The translations under genes were made by a program, and so were the position numbers. Under the pieces are notes generated by a model that did no database searches, was not told the DNA's origin, and was given only the letters and a program-made list of their open reading frames with translations. A stretch of DNA of 64,000 nucleotides from Geosiphon pyriformis uo1 (Eukaryota > Fungi > Glomeromycota). Where the stretch lies: contig JAAOMT010000620.1 of NCBI GenBank assembly GCA_016748015.1, positions 727,322 through 791,321 on the forward strand. Reading direction: 5' to 3'. Shown here one piece after another: positions 15,021 to 27,519 of the stretch. The stretch's first letter is position 1; each line of letters starts with the position of its first letter.

Positions 15021-18000
15021 TTAGATTTGTCTCATTTGCGATAAACTGTCTGCATTTCTGTTGTCTTTTCCTTTTTTATAATATATAGTATATTTATATG
15101 GTGCAAGTGCCATTTTCCATCTAGACTGTCTTCCATCTCCAAATTATTGTTTTTAAAGTGATGTTAATTCTTTGTGATCTGTGTACACCTTAAACTTCTG
15201 GCTCAAATATTCTTTCTATTTCATGACTGATTAGTATATTGCTAAGTGTTTTTTTTCTGGTGTTCCATAGTTCTTTTTGGCCAGTGTTAAACTTCTGCTG
15301 GCATATGCCACTGGATGTTCTCTGCCATCTGGTCCTCTTTGAGATAGTACTGCTCCTAATGCCTGGCCGGATGCATCTGTGGTGATGATAAATAGTTTGC
15401 TGTAATCTGGATAGATCAGTACTGGAGCTTATATAAGTTTTTTTTTTAGAATATCAAAAGCTTCTTGTTGACTTTTGGTCCATTCATATTTTGTATCTTT
15501 GTTTTGTAGTTGGTTGAGTGGCTGCGCTATCTTGGAAAAGTTCTTGATAAAACATTGATAGTAGCTGGCAAATCCCAAGAATGATTTTAGTTCTGTTATA
15601 TTGGTCAGCACTGGAAAGTTCTTTATTATCTCTATTTTCTCTGAATCTGTTTTGATGCCATCTTTGCTGACTATGTGTCCTAAGAATTTTGCCAAAGAAG
15701 CACTTTGTTGCATTTAACTTTAGTTCTGCTTTTCTTAATCTTTCGAACACTTGTTGAAGATGATGAAGATAATCATCAAATGTTTTTGAGAATACATTGA
15801 TGTCGTCCAAGTATACAACTACTGATTTCCACAATAAGCCAGTATAAACAATTTTCATTAGCCATTGGAAAGTTGCTGGGGCATTGGTTAAGCCAAATGG
15901 CATCACTTCAAATTCGAAATTCCCTTCTCTAGTAGTAAATGCCATCTTCTTTTTGTTGGCTGAATTCATGGCTACTTGCCAGTAACCACTGTCCAAATCT
16001 AATGTTGAGAACCATTTGTTCCCACTGAAAGCATCGAATAATTTCTGTATTTGTGGAGTTGGATAACTGTCTCCACGAGTTACACTATTGAGTTTTCTGT
16101 AGTCTACACAAAACCGGATTTTTCCATTCTTCTTATGGATGAGTACCACTGGTGACAACCATGAGCTCATTAATAGTTGAATTAGCCCATTGTCAAGCAT
16201 TCTGTTTATCTCTTGATGAATAATTTTATGGCTGGCTGGCAGCACTTTGTATGCTCTTTGTTTGATTGGCATTGCATCTCCAGTCTTGATCTGATGCTGG
16301 ATAATATCAGTTCGGCCAAACTCATTTTCGCTGGCAAAAATGTCATTGAAATTGTTGATTAACATCTTAAGCTGCATACATTGGAGTGGATCTAAGTTTC
16401 CCATATTCATTTGTTCCAATTGTTCTGGTTGGAGCAAATAACATTCATCTCATCTATAGATTGTTTGTGATGTAATGTCAACATATCTACAAAGTTGTGG
16501 AAAGTTTGGAATGGAGTTTGGTGGTTGGTCTTCTATTTCTGTGGTTATATATCCAATGGTGGTTCCTTCTGGTATGTTGATGACATTACCAGTGTTGTTG
16601 TAGATGAGAATTTTTATGCTGCTATAGCTTTTGGCTGGTATGTGGAGATTGATCAACCCAATTTCTCCTGATGCACAAAGGTTTGCTTCAACTTCAAAAA
16701 TTTGTCCTTGCTCTTTTTCTTTTCTTCCTATTGTTAGCATGTACTGGCTATATGATGGAATAGAAATAGCTTGACCAGTTGAGATAATTTCTCTTTGGCC
16801 AACAATTTCTTCTTCTGTCATATTAACTGGTACATTTATTCTATCTGTTGATCCGAATTTCTGTATTTTTCTCGCTGTTATTCCTAATTTCTTTCTCTTT
16901 CCCACTGATACTAACTGAGCTACTCTAACCAAAGACAGAAATATTGTCTGTGCTATCTTTTCATTGGGCTTTATTATATAGGCCTTTTCTGAGTCATTTT
17001 GTAGCATAATGATGATATTTCCTACATATCCTGTGTCAATTATTCTTCCTCTTATATTGATCCCTCTTTTCACTAAACTACTCCTAGATGCTAATTGAAC
17101 TATTGTTGTTGCTGGAATTTCTAGTGCTATTTTCAGATCAATGCAGATGCGTGAATGCAGTTCCAATTTGATGGGATCTTTTTCTGGATATCTCAGATCA
17201 AACCCTGTGTTCGTACCATGCACACATTTTGGCATAATACCCTCCCCATTGTTACTATACCATTTCAACTCTTGTTCCTTGGAGAGATCTGGTAGTGCAA
17301 TGTATTGTTCATGGTTTAAATTGGAGTTTAAATCTGAGTTGGAATCATTTTTGTTGTCATTGCCATTTTGAACAGAGCTGAAACCGATGTTTTCGTCATC
17401 ATTGTCGGAGTCTGGATTGCAATTGATCAGCAATTCTGATTCCGATGCACAGCTGCTGATTGGTTCCTCTTCTTCAGGGATTGAGTAGATCATGCGTGGT
17501 GGTGGATTGTAAAGGAGGTTATAATCATCACAATATTCAAAGTCACTGGGAATTAAACAATGGCGACACAGTCTTGTATTCAACTGTGCTAGCTGTTGTT
17601 TTTGCTCTTCTCTAGTGGGTGCCAAGTTTTGGTAGTGTTCATGGAACTCTTCGGGTTCCAGAGAATTTATGGCTGGCTCTGCATTCCAGTCAAGCTTGAT
17701 GGGTTCTGGTGTGTTTTTGATTTCTCTGATCTCTTTGGATGTCATTTCTTCTATTTTGGTAATTGCCATTTTCCACAATTCATTGTTGTTATGTGGACAA
17801 CTGTTCAGTTACTGCATGGCTCTTCTCCAGGCCACTTCTATTGGAGTTCTTTTCCTTACCCAGTCACTTATTAAAATTGTGTATTGACACGACACGTCAC
17901 ATGTTCCTCCACATCCTGGGATGTTGTTCCATATCCCTTCATTTAGTAGGGTCTTCCCACAAGTGAGACAAGATTGGTTATCCCATTTTTCTTGCCTCTT

Positions 18001-21000
18001 TGGTCGTCCAAAGCATTCGAGTAAGCATGGATGACAGTAAAACTTTGTTGCGGTATGGTATTCCTCATCGTTGCCACAGCATGTGCCTATTGATGACAGT
18101 TTCTTACTGCAATCAACGCATACCAGTCTTGGCCATCAATAATTGGATTGTTGTGGAGTGTGGTAGGTGTAGAAATTATAACTGTTGGTTGTTGGTGGCA
18201 TTCCTTCTTTCTTTTCTTTTCCTTTTCTCTTATCTTTGTTCCATTTCTGACTTAAGACTTCTTCTTGTTTGTTATCGGTCCAAGTCGGATCATTGGTTTC
18301 CCAGATAAGTTTCTCTCTTTGTTTTCCCTTGGGATTGTTGTTCCATGATAGTATTGGTAGTAGCTCATAGTGGTCTTTGTTGTTGGTCCCAGCATCAATA
18401 GTGGTTTCACAGGTAGGTTTTTTTCCTTGCTCCTCTTTTTCATTGTTATTGTCGTCCCAGGTGAGTATTGGCAACAGCTTGTTGTAGTTAGTGTCAGCCC
18501 ACGAGACTTGGTATGCTTCTCAGGTAGGTTTTTTTTTTCTTTTCCAGTTCGATCAATAGTTTCTCTCTTGGAGGAGTCTTGAAATGGCCACACGTGGCCG
18601 GTACACATATGTGTTGGCTCTAATATGTTAGCTGGAGTTCCTGGGTGTTCCAGTCTAACATTGTGTTGACTTTGGATAGCCAGTCATTACCAACGAGAGC
18701 TTGGTATTGAATGGTTTTCATTACTAGAACTTTAATGGGAGTCACAATACCATTGACTTTGAAAGAGAAGTTGTCGATTTCACTGATTGGCATTTTGGTC
18801 ACTCCATCAGCTGTGATGATTCTGGCGCTGGCGGCTCAATTAACTCGGTGACCTAATTGATCCATGAGTTGTCGTGTGATGATACTGCCTGCTGAACCAC
18901 TATTGAGAATCAATTTGATGGATTGACTATCAACCTTAGCATTTGTGTATATCGTGGTAATGGGTTTTTCATCAAGAATGACTTTACTAAATAATGGTAT
19001 ACTTAACGGTTTTTTGATCTCAAATGGGAAAATGGCAGCTAGTAATTTGTTATTGATAACTGTTGCTGGTAGAATATTGCTGGTAAGTGTTTGTTGTTTT
19101 TGGGTGGATTCCTGGTTGCTAATTAAGGCGTCTTCTGGGGTAATCAGGAGACTTAAATAGTGTTGAAAAGTCAGGTTTTGGGTGGCGCCTGTACCCGAAT
19201 TCCGAAAACGGGGTCCTAAGCTCTGGTGAGAGGAGCTGGGGACTGGTTGATGAACAACTATCGCCAATTTCCAATTTTGAGCAATTCTGGGTCTTGGGTT
19301 TCCTGATGTCATTATAGTTGAGTGTTGAAGTGGTGTTTGGATTGATAGTTGAGACCGATAAATTATTTGGGACTGTGGCTGATAAATTACTGGAGGCTGC
19401 TGTTGATAAATTGTTGGAGACTGCTGTTAATAAATTGAAGATTGATATACTGGTGGTTGATAGATTGGTTGCTGTGTTATTGACAGGTAAGTATTTTGAT
19501 ATTGGTCTTGATCTTGATTCGGATAACAATTCAGAGTTTGGAACCGGCGATCAGAATTTTTGTATTGATTTCCTGATTGTTGGTTGCTATAAGTATGGCA
19601 ATTAACTCGAATATGGCCTTGTTTACCACAGTTGTGGCAGGCACATGTTTCCAGCTGTCATGGTAGACTAGATGCAGTCAAGGATGATGACCATGATTGA
19701 TTTTGGAAGCAATTCGCGTTTTCTGAATTATGACATCGTTGTGGTGTTTGATATATGGTGCAATTGTCAGCTAAGTATCCCTCTAGTTTCTGATTAATTG
19801 ACTCACTGAATTGTTTCAGTTTGGAGTCCAATTCAGATGATCTATTCATTACTAGGTTTACTGCTTAAATGTGGTTGGCTTCTAACTCAGCTGCTTCAAA
19901 ATCTCTGGCATGTATAACTGTGGTAAGGAGGTTAACTGGATACATTGGGCATACTCGCTGGAGGAGATTACTGCACAAACCTCTAATAAACTGATTTAAA
20001 ATCTGTGGCACTGTAAAATAGTCAGCTTGAATTGCTTGGATCTGGTGTAGGTTTCTATGAAAGTGTCTCAGGTAAGTGGTGACTGCTTCAGTATCTCCTT
20101 GTTTGATGGTGGTAAAAAGGTTGGCTAATTTGTTGATACTATTATTGTTGCTGAAATATCTTACGAATTCCATCTTGAAGTCGTTGAAGTTTTGGGGTTT
20201 AACAGCTAGACTTTGATACCATGCATTCGTGGTGTCTTTTAGAAAGTATGGGATGGCTTGAAGTGCTCGGGCATCATTCCATCCGTTCACAGTGATGGCT
20301 TTCTCTACATCATTCAGCCATACTTGTGCGTCGTCTTCTTTGCCAGTAAAGTTGTCAAGTTTTGTAATTGGTACATAGGTCATTGAATCTAAGTTGGGTT
20401 GTTGTGGTGGCTGTTGAAATGGTTGTTGTTGTACTGGTTGTTGGGGTGGTAGTTGAAATGGCTGTTGTATGGGTTCAGCTACTGAATTAATCAGCAGTTG
20501 ATCGATAACAATTACCGGAGGTAAGTTTTGCTGATTATTTAATTTGGAGTTTGGATTGTTCTGTCTTTGATGATTCAGGGTTTCGATTTCCAAATTTTCT
20601 AGATTTAGACTTTGCTGAGCTTGAAAATTTGGGGTTTCAACTTCCGGATTTTCAGTGATCAGGTTTTGGTAAGTAAATTCTTGATTTTCCAATTCTTTTT
20701 TCTCTTTTTCTTCAGATAGTTCCCACAAGGTAGCAATTCCAAAGTCTGGTTGAGGTGGCGGTGATCAAATTCCTGATGGAGTTGGTGATCATGATTTAAA
20801 TCTTTCAAAATACACTCCATATGGCCCTAGTAAATTTTCTTTCCATTGTTTGCTTTGGAACTGGAATCTTTCAACTGTTAATGTTGCATTTGAGGTGGAT
20901 GCATCTGCTAATAAGATGTTGATAGCACTTCCAAGTATGTAGTAATATGATGGAGTGGTTGGTAATTCTACTCTGTGCTTCTTCCAACTAGGTAACTGTA

Positions 21001-21361
21001 TTCCTTTTGGTGTTGCTGCTGGTGTTTGTATTCTTCCTTTATCTTTGTCTGTGTAGGTAATAGGAAATTGTTGTTGAGTGTATCTTTCAATAGTCTGGTT
21101 GATTTTTCTGATTATTGGTGCAAAACTATAGTTCCTTGGTAAGTTGGTGTGTTGAAATAATTCTGTGTAAAAGTTTTCTCTTGCTGCTTCAATGTTAACT
21201 GTTCCTCCTAAGCATTCAGTAATTCTGTCATTGACGTAAAAGTTGAAGGCTGATTTGGCTGGATAATGATTACTGTTTAATCCTAATTGTTAACTGTATT
21301 GTTGAAACAAAGATTTTGTGAATCCTAAATGGTTTGCTCCTATATTTTCTAATTCTGCCAT
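15021..21361 (-). pseudogene. Fused gag-pol of B: Gag, CCHC, protease, Cys-rich domain, dUTPase, RT, RNase H
   Basis: FTGKEDDAQVWL (Gag); CHNCGKQGHIRVNC; LILNSGSAGSII (protease); GFDLRY/ASRSS/IIDTGYVGN/IAQ/FGST (dUTPase, about 16846-17245); RFCVDYRKLN, MPFGL, YLDD. Gag and PR are in one frame. Confidence 0.92.
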
Positions 21362-22219
21362 GTTTAGATTTGGGTTGGTGCTGGTTTTTTGTAGAATTAT
21401 ATCTTACAGAGAGCACCAAATGTTACAGGGGATTATTTCTGCTGTTGAAGTAAATAACAACCTGTAACTTGGTGTTCGTGAAGCTACTTCTGTTGATGAG
21501 ATTCTGCGAGCATTGTATCTGAAGGTTTTGATGAAGTCTTTTATATAATGAACAGAGATTCAATAGTTGTTTTATCCATAATTTCCTAAACTCGCAAGTC
21601 TGTCAATTTTTTTCTCGGCTTGGTGGCTGGCAATCCTTTAGTAAGTAATCTGTATCTCCTGTATGTGTCCTACCCTCTCGCAGGGGTCTTTTACCAGGCA
21701 ATCCTTGATGTCAGTAATCAGCGCTTTTCAATCAATGGGTTAGTGCACAATAATAAAAAATTAAAATAAAGAAAAATAAGAGAAAGAAAAGAAATAAGCC
21801 AAGGCAATTTGCAAATTAGTATCCCATCAATAGCCATGATCAAGAGCTATTGTTCCAGTATGGTTAAGTATTACTTATTATCAACATGAAGTGTTGATAG
21901 TGGAGAGTGGATTGAGATATGGAATAATTATTTATTTGATAATTTTTGTTGCTAGGCTAAGGATTCTGTGGTATCAATTCTGTCTTTTCTGTTTCTAATA
22001 CTACCACTATATATACATAATTGAGATTCCTCAATTCCTTGATTTTTCACGACAAGAATCCTGGAATTTCTGGAATCCTGCAATTTCTTGTCAGAGAATC
22101 CTGAAATTCCTGGAATCCTGCAATTCCTGAGAGGAATCTTGGAATTCTACATTTACTACGCTTACTTCTAATTGGCTAATAATTATGCTAATATATTTCC
22201 TATATTTCTATGAATAACA

Positions 22220-24117
22220 CCATTATGTCATCTAAATAGACTAGAACAAAGTTTTCCTTGACTGATTCAAATACTTTATCTATTAAGCATTAAAAGGTGG
22301 GAGGGGCGTTGATGAGACCAAAAGGCATAACTGTGAATTCATAGGTGCCATACTTGGTGATGAAGACAGTTTTCTTTCTACTTTCTGGATCCATCTCTAC
22401 TTGCCAGAATCTAGCAGTTAAGTCAATGGTTAAGAAGAAAGCAGCATTTTTGAATTGGTCTAACATTGCATCAATCTTGGGAAGTGGGTACATGTTTTTT
22501 TCAGTAATGGCATTTAATTGGCAGTAGTCAACACAGAAGCATAGTGTTCCACCTTTCTTAGATACCACTACAACTGGGAAAACCCATTCACTCTTGGTTT
22601 CTTGTATGAATCCAAGTTTTTTTATCTGGTTTATCTCTTTCTTGATAAACTCATTATTGTGCTGATTGGATTGATAAGGCTTCAAATGGATGGATCGAGT
22701 TTCTTTAGTGGTGATGGTGTATTGTATCACATGGGTACATCCAGAGGTATTACCTTCTTTGGAGATAACTGGGCTATTTCTAGCCAGCAAAATTTCAATG
22801 TCTATTTTTCTTTCTTTTGGGGAGGGTTTTTTTTGTTTTACAGCCAGTGATTGAATCTCAAGTGGTTCATTCTCAAAGGACTTCTGTACTTCTTTCAATT
22901 TTTCTCTGGGTATCAAACTGATTGGTTTTCAATCTCTGTAATAGATCAGGCATAATTTGCATTCATCGCTTAGAGAATACAAGGGTTTGTTGTACCAACA
23001 CCAGGCACAAGGACCATGCCACCAAAAACTGTATTTGGCTTTCTTGCCAGGTTTTTTTTCAAAGGTTCTTCTAAGAATATCATAATAAGGCCAGCAGATC
23101 AGCTTGCCATTTACAATAATTTCTTCTTTGTCTGCTTTAACATTATCCAGTGGTTTGTCATTGCTGATGAAGGTGGTATAGGTGAGTTCAGCAGTTTCTT
23201 CTTGCTCTTTTTGTTCTTCTTCTTCATTGCTCTCTTCATCATCTGATTCATCTAATTGTTCTTCTTCTTGGTTTTGTTTGAGTACTGGGGAAGTTGTCCA
23301 ATGGCGACACTTAACCACAATGGGTTTCTCACTACATCTGATGGTTAATTCACAAAGTTTATAATTAAGCAAAGCTTTTGCTTTCTTGAGCCATTCATTG
23401 CCAACAATAATGGTGTATTCCTTGGCTTCAGAAACTTCCATGTCAGTTTCAATGCTAATTCCATTGATGTGGACAGGAACAGCTTTGGCAATACCCAGTT
23501 CTTTTTTTTTGTTACTATGTACGTTGGTCATTGATCTGGTAGAAGATTCATCAATCTTTCTACCAATTGCTTCCAAGAAGTGTTTGGCAATGACACTAAC
23601 AGATGATCTACTGTCCAGAATTAAGTCAATAAAGTATCCAGCCACTTGGGCTTTACAAATCAGAGGGGTGATATTGCTGTTGTCAGCAAGTCCAGCTTGG
23701 CGAGGGTGCTTGTTGGTTTTTGGTGTCTTCTTCTTTGGGATCAAGGATTTGCGAAGATCCTTTCTGAACTGTGGGTGGGTCATTAATTGGTCAAAGGTAA
23801 TATGTGCTGGGGTTTCCATGAGATCTTTGACAATGGAATAGGGTCCAGATTTTTGTACAATTTCTGGGAGTTCCAACTTTGGAGGATTCTTAAAAACTTT
23901 AGCCTTTGGTGGCTCATTGTTATCAGTGGCAGAAGTTGAGGCTTTGTTAGGGTCTAGAACGAAATCAATTTTGGTTTTCTTTTTCTTTCTGGTTGGTTCT
24001 GAGGTGTTGATTGCTAGTTTATCCATGTCATGGTCATCATCAGTTAAGTTAAAAGTGTAAAAGGGGTTTTCTTCTGGTTGGCTTGCACTCTCATCCTTTG
24101 GAGGTGTGCCTACCAGT
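22220..24117 (-). pseudogene. Protease and RT N-terminal half of A1 (no dUTPase)
   Basis: LILDSRSSVSVI, IIVGNEWL, FCVDYCQLN, MPFGLINAPPTF, YLDD. Confidence 0.9.
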
Positions 24118-25659
24118 TTAAAGGCTGATAAACAGTGGCTTCAATTAGGGGATTCTCTCCAAAGAAATTGATGTTGGCATGATTGGGTCTTTGATTAGGA
24201 ACATTGTTATTGGGTCAGTTGTTTTGGTTGTTATTGTTTTTGGGAGCTGGAGGAGGCAGTGGAGGATTGTTGCAATCTCTGAAGAAATGTCCAGTTAATC
24301 CACATCTATAACACACAGAAGGGCCACAATTTGCTGTTTTTGGTAAGGGAGTTGCTAGGGCTAATTAAAACGGTTTTCAAATCTGGGTTTTTGTGATTGC
24401 TAATTATCTCTGACTGCTTGGGCTAATGGTTCTAATAGCCGAGCAAGATTTGCTGTAAGTCTATCTATTAATTGTTCATTTGGATCTTGTGTCTGGGCAG
24501 CAAAAGAAGTAATGGCCATTTGAGGAGTAAGAGCCATAACAGGAGCAGGAGCAAAAACTGGAAGTGTGGATCCCAAATGCATTCTTTGATTGTCTTCAAT
24601 TCTTTGGGCGAGTTCAATGGCCATATCTATGGTGAAATTATTTTTTAAAGCCAAGAGAGGCCAAAGAGCATACAATAAATTAGTTCTCAATCCTTTTGTG
24701 AAGGAGTGGATCTTTTGCTCTTCAGTTCAGTTTCTACCAGAGTCTACATGCTTGATGAGTTTTCTGATTGCTTTGGCATATTTGGTCACAATTTCACCAG
24801 AACCTTGAGTTTTTCTTTCTAATTCCATATGCTATTTGGATATTAAGATGGGGGTTCTGAATTTGTTTTCAAATTGGGTAGTGAAAGAGGTGTTGTTTTC
24901 TCCAATATTTGCTGGGGTCCATCTAACAATTCTTTGTTGAGCACCAGCATTGGTTTTTTGTGAAAACCAAGTAGCAGAGGAGCCTTGGAAGTAGCCACCA
25001 ACAATTTGAAACTTGTACTCATCATCATATTGGTTGGCTGTAGCAGCTCTCTCAAAGTCATCCAACCATTCAATTGGATCTTAGGCATTACCTCTGAATA
25101 ATAGTAATGGGGTGTTGTTTCTTCGCCCTAAAACAGTCTGTATACCTTGGAGAGCAATCAGAATGTTTTGTTGTAGAGGGTCTTGAGCCATTGGTTCAGG
25201 TGTAACTGTTTGTGTGGAGTGTTCTGATTTACTTGAAAAGAGATCAAAAACAGGAGCAGTTTGATAGCTTTCTTCTTCTGTTTCAAGAAAAGTTTCTGTT
25301 GATTAATGGGCAGCAATCCAAATATGGATTTGATGATTCAAATATTCAAAATCAGGGGGCTGTTGTTCAAAAGTTGCAAAATATAAAAGCTGATTGATAC
25401 TGTTGTTTCTTCCTTCAAAGTCATCTTCAAAATAAGCTTGGTCAAAGTAATAGATTGTATAAGCTATATAGGTTTCAGCTGAATGCTTATTCAAGAATCA
25501 GTTTCAAAAGTCTTGGAATTGTCTGCTGGATTGTTTTTTAATGGGAAAGCAAATCAAGTAGAAGGGCAAAGAATTGAGTTCAATAAAGTCTAGATTGTTT
25601 TTGTTGTGTGCTTTAAAGTGTTCTTCTGATTGTTGTGGCAGGTATGAGTAATCATTCAT
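24110..25659 (-). pseudogene. Gag of A1
   Basis: ATG 25659; DDFERAATANQYDD (Gag core); CCHC knuckle near 24275-24315; ends PLNW* just after TTTAAAC. Confidence 0.8.
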
Positions 25660-25711
25660 ACAATAGGAAACAAAGTGGATTTTGACAACTTTACAGGGAG
25701 CACTACTTTTA

Positions 25712-26391
25712 TGTTATGGATTGGAGTAACAAGCTAATGGATAGCAAGGGAGAACAAGATTGTAGGGTGATGGAAATAATCAAATGAGAATTCAACTTTA
25801 AAGAGCGAATTGAATGAGTATGGATTCAATGTGCAAGATCAGTCTCATAAAATATCTCAGTCGCTATTTTTTTCAAAGATAACAAGAGAATCTGAAGATA
25901 GAGAGATAGTCTGTACTGTCAACAATTGATCACCACTGGTATAATTCTATGCCTCACGTCGGCACTCTTAGAATTCAATATCAGGTATCAACTTGTGCTT
26001 TTCAGTCACATTTATTCAAATAATCTTCAAATGCTACAATTATATACGTTAGGAAAAGACCAACAAGTAATCTTTTATCCTAAGATGTTTGGATACTTAA
26101 AGATAGGGAAAGGGAAATTTAATGATAAGAGAGTGATTAAGATGAAAGTTGTTATTTTTATTTATTTGATTCTTGTCTGAGAGATGATTTTCTACAGCTA
26201 AGAGACTTATTGCTTATATAGCTATTGAAAGTGGTCAACAACCAGGTCAACAACTAGGTCAATGATCAGGTCAATGGTCAGGTCATTGATCAGGTCAATG
26301 ATTACTATCTAAAAATAGAGTGGCTAATTATATGACATCAGTGGCTAATACATGTGATAATTAATAAAAATTATGGGTTTCAACTATAACA
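25712..26391 (-). repeat. 5' LTR of A1
   Basis: Direct repeat of 8294-8960; followed (in element sense) by spacer TAAAAG and the PBS. Confidence 0.95.
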
Positions 26392-27210
26392 CTAGTTAGC
26401 TTTGAGTTAGATAAAACTCTTCCAATAGATTACACCATAAATAGCTTGATTTCACTGGAGTTTAATCTTTTTGGAGAGGATAATGTTATGGTTAAAACTT
26501 ATACTTCTTATTAATTATTACATGTATTAACCACTGATGTCATATAAATTAGCCATTCTATTTTTAGAAAGTAATTATTAACCTGATCAATGACTTGACC
26601 ATTGACCTGCTCATTGATTTAATTATTGACCTGATCAATGACCTGATTATTGACCTGATTATTGACCTAATCATTGACCACTTTTGCTAGTTATATAAAT
26701 GATGAATCTTTTAACTATAGAAATGCATATAAAAAATCAAAGAAATCAAATAAATCAAATAACAACTTTCATTTCAATCATTTTTTTATCACTAATTTCC
26801 CTTTTCCTACCTTCAAGTATCTGAACATCTTGGGATAAAAAATTACTTGTTGGTTATTCCTTACCCTTTTCCTGAAATGTGTAATTGCAGCATTTGAAAA
26901 TTATTGAATTAAATATGACTGAAAAGTACATCTGATACCTGATATTGAATTCTAAGAGTGCTGACATAAGACATAAAATTATATCATATGTGATTATTTG
27001 TTGACAGTACGGATTATTCTTCTATCTTCAGATTTCTCAATTATTTTTGAAAAGTATAGTGACTGAAATATTTTATGAGACTGATCTTACACATTGAATT
27101 CATACTTATTCAATTTGCTCTTTGAAGTTGAATTCCCTTTGATTCCTTTCATTACCTTACAATCCTGTTCTCTCTTGCTATTCATTAGCTTGTTACTCCA
27201 ACCCATAATA
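26392..27210 (+). mobile_element. 3' end of another family A element (end of ORF3, PPT, LTR 26484-27210), opposite orientation
   Basis: LVSFELDKTLPIDYTINSLISLEFNLFGEDNVMV; GGAGAGGATAA, then TGTTATGG...CCATAATA. Confidence 0.9.
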
Positions 27211-27519
27211 TTATAATGCACCTATGAAAAGATCAGCCTTCCAGTATCAAATCCAGTTTTAATTAGACTGTTAAGTGGATGAATAGTATGGTTAAGAATA
27301 GTCATAAGCTTGTTAGCATTATGGGTAAGATGTATGAATTAGATATGTTTGATACATTAGATAGCAAAGATAGTACTAGTATGTAATTAGGGCTTTCTGT
27401 TTGTGGTTAGCCACATTTTGTGATTTGTATTATTGGGTGAGCTGGCTTTATAAAAGTGTCACATTACTGTGAACATAACTAATAAACGACCAGCATGGCT
27501 ACATATTAACAAAAAAAAA
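27211..27519 (+). mobile_element. 3' end of an ORF1-only LINE derivative with poly(A)
   Basis: KDQPSSIKSS...LVSIMGKMYELDMFDTL...STSM*, then a conserved 3' tail and A9. Reverse-complement match to 28870-29160. Confidence 0.8.

Larger units (their letters stand above)
11798..22219 (-). mobile_element. Ty3/Gypsy LTR retrotransposon, family B, full length with dUTPase, inserted in the RT of A1
   Basis: 799-bp LTRs 11798-12596 and 21421-22219; 4-bp TSD CCAT (11794-11797, 22220-22223); PBS TGGTGCTCTCTGTAAG 21403-21418; PPT 12597-12611. Confidence 0.95.
8294..26391 (-). mobile_element. Ty3/Gypsy LTR retrotransposon, family A copy 1 (gag, -1 frameshift, PR-RT-RH | IN | ORF3), interrupted by element B
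   Basis: LTRs 8294-8960 and 25712-26391 (TGTTATGG...ATAACA), PBS about 25689-25705, PPT 8961-8971, domain order PR-RT-RH-IN. The flanks ATAC and CTAG do not form a TSD. Confidence 0.9.

Noticed and set aside
27400-27510. Self-cleaving ribozyme in the LINE 3' tail
   Set aside because: The tail is structured, but I could not identify a hammerhead CUGANGA/GAAA core or an HDV-like fold by eye.
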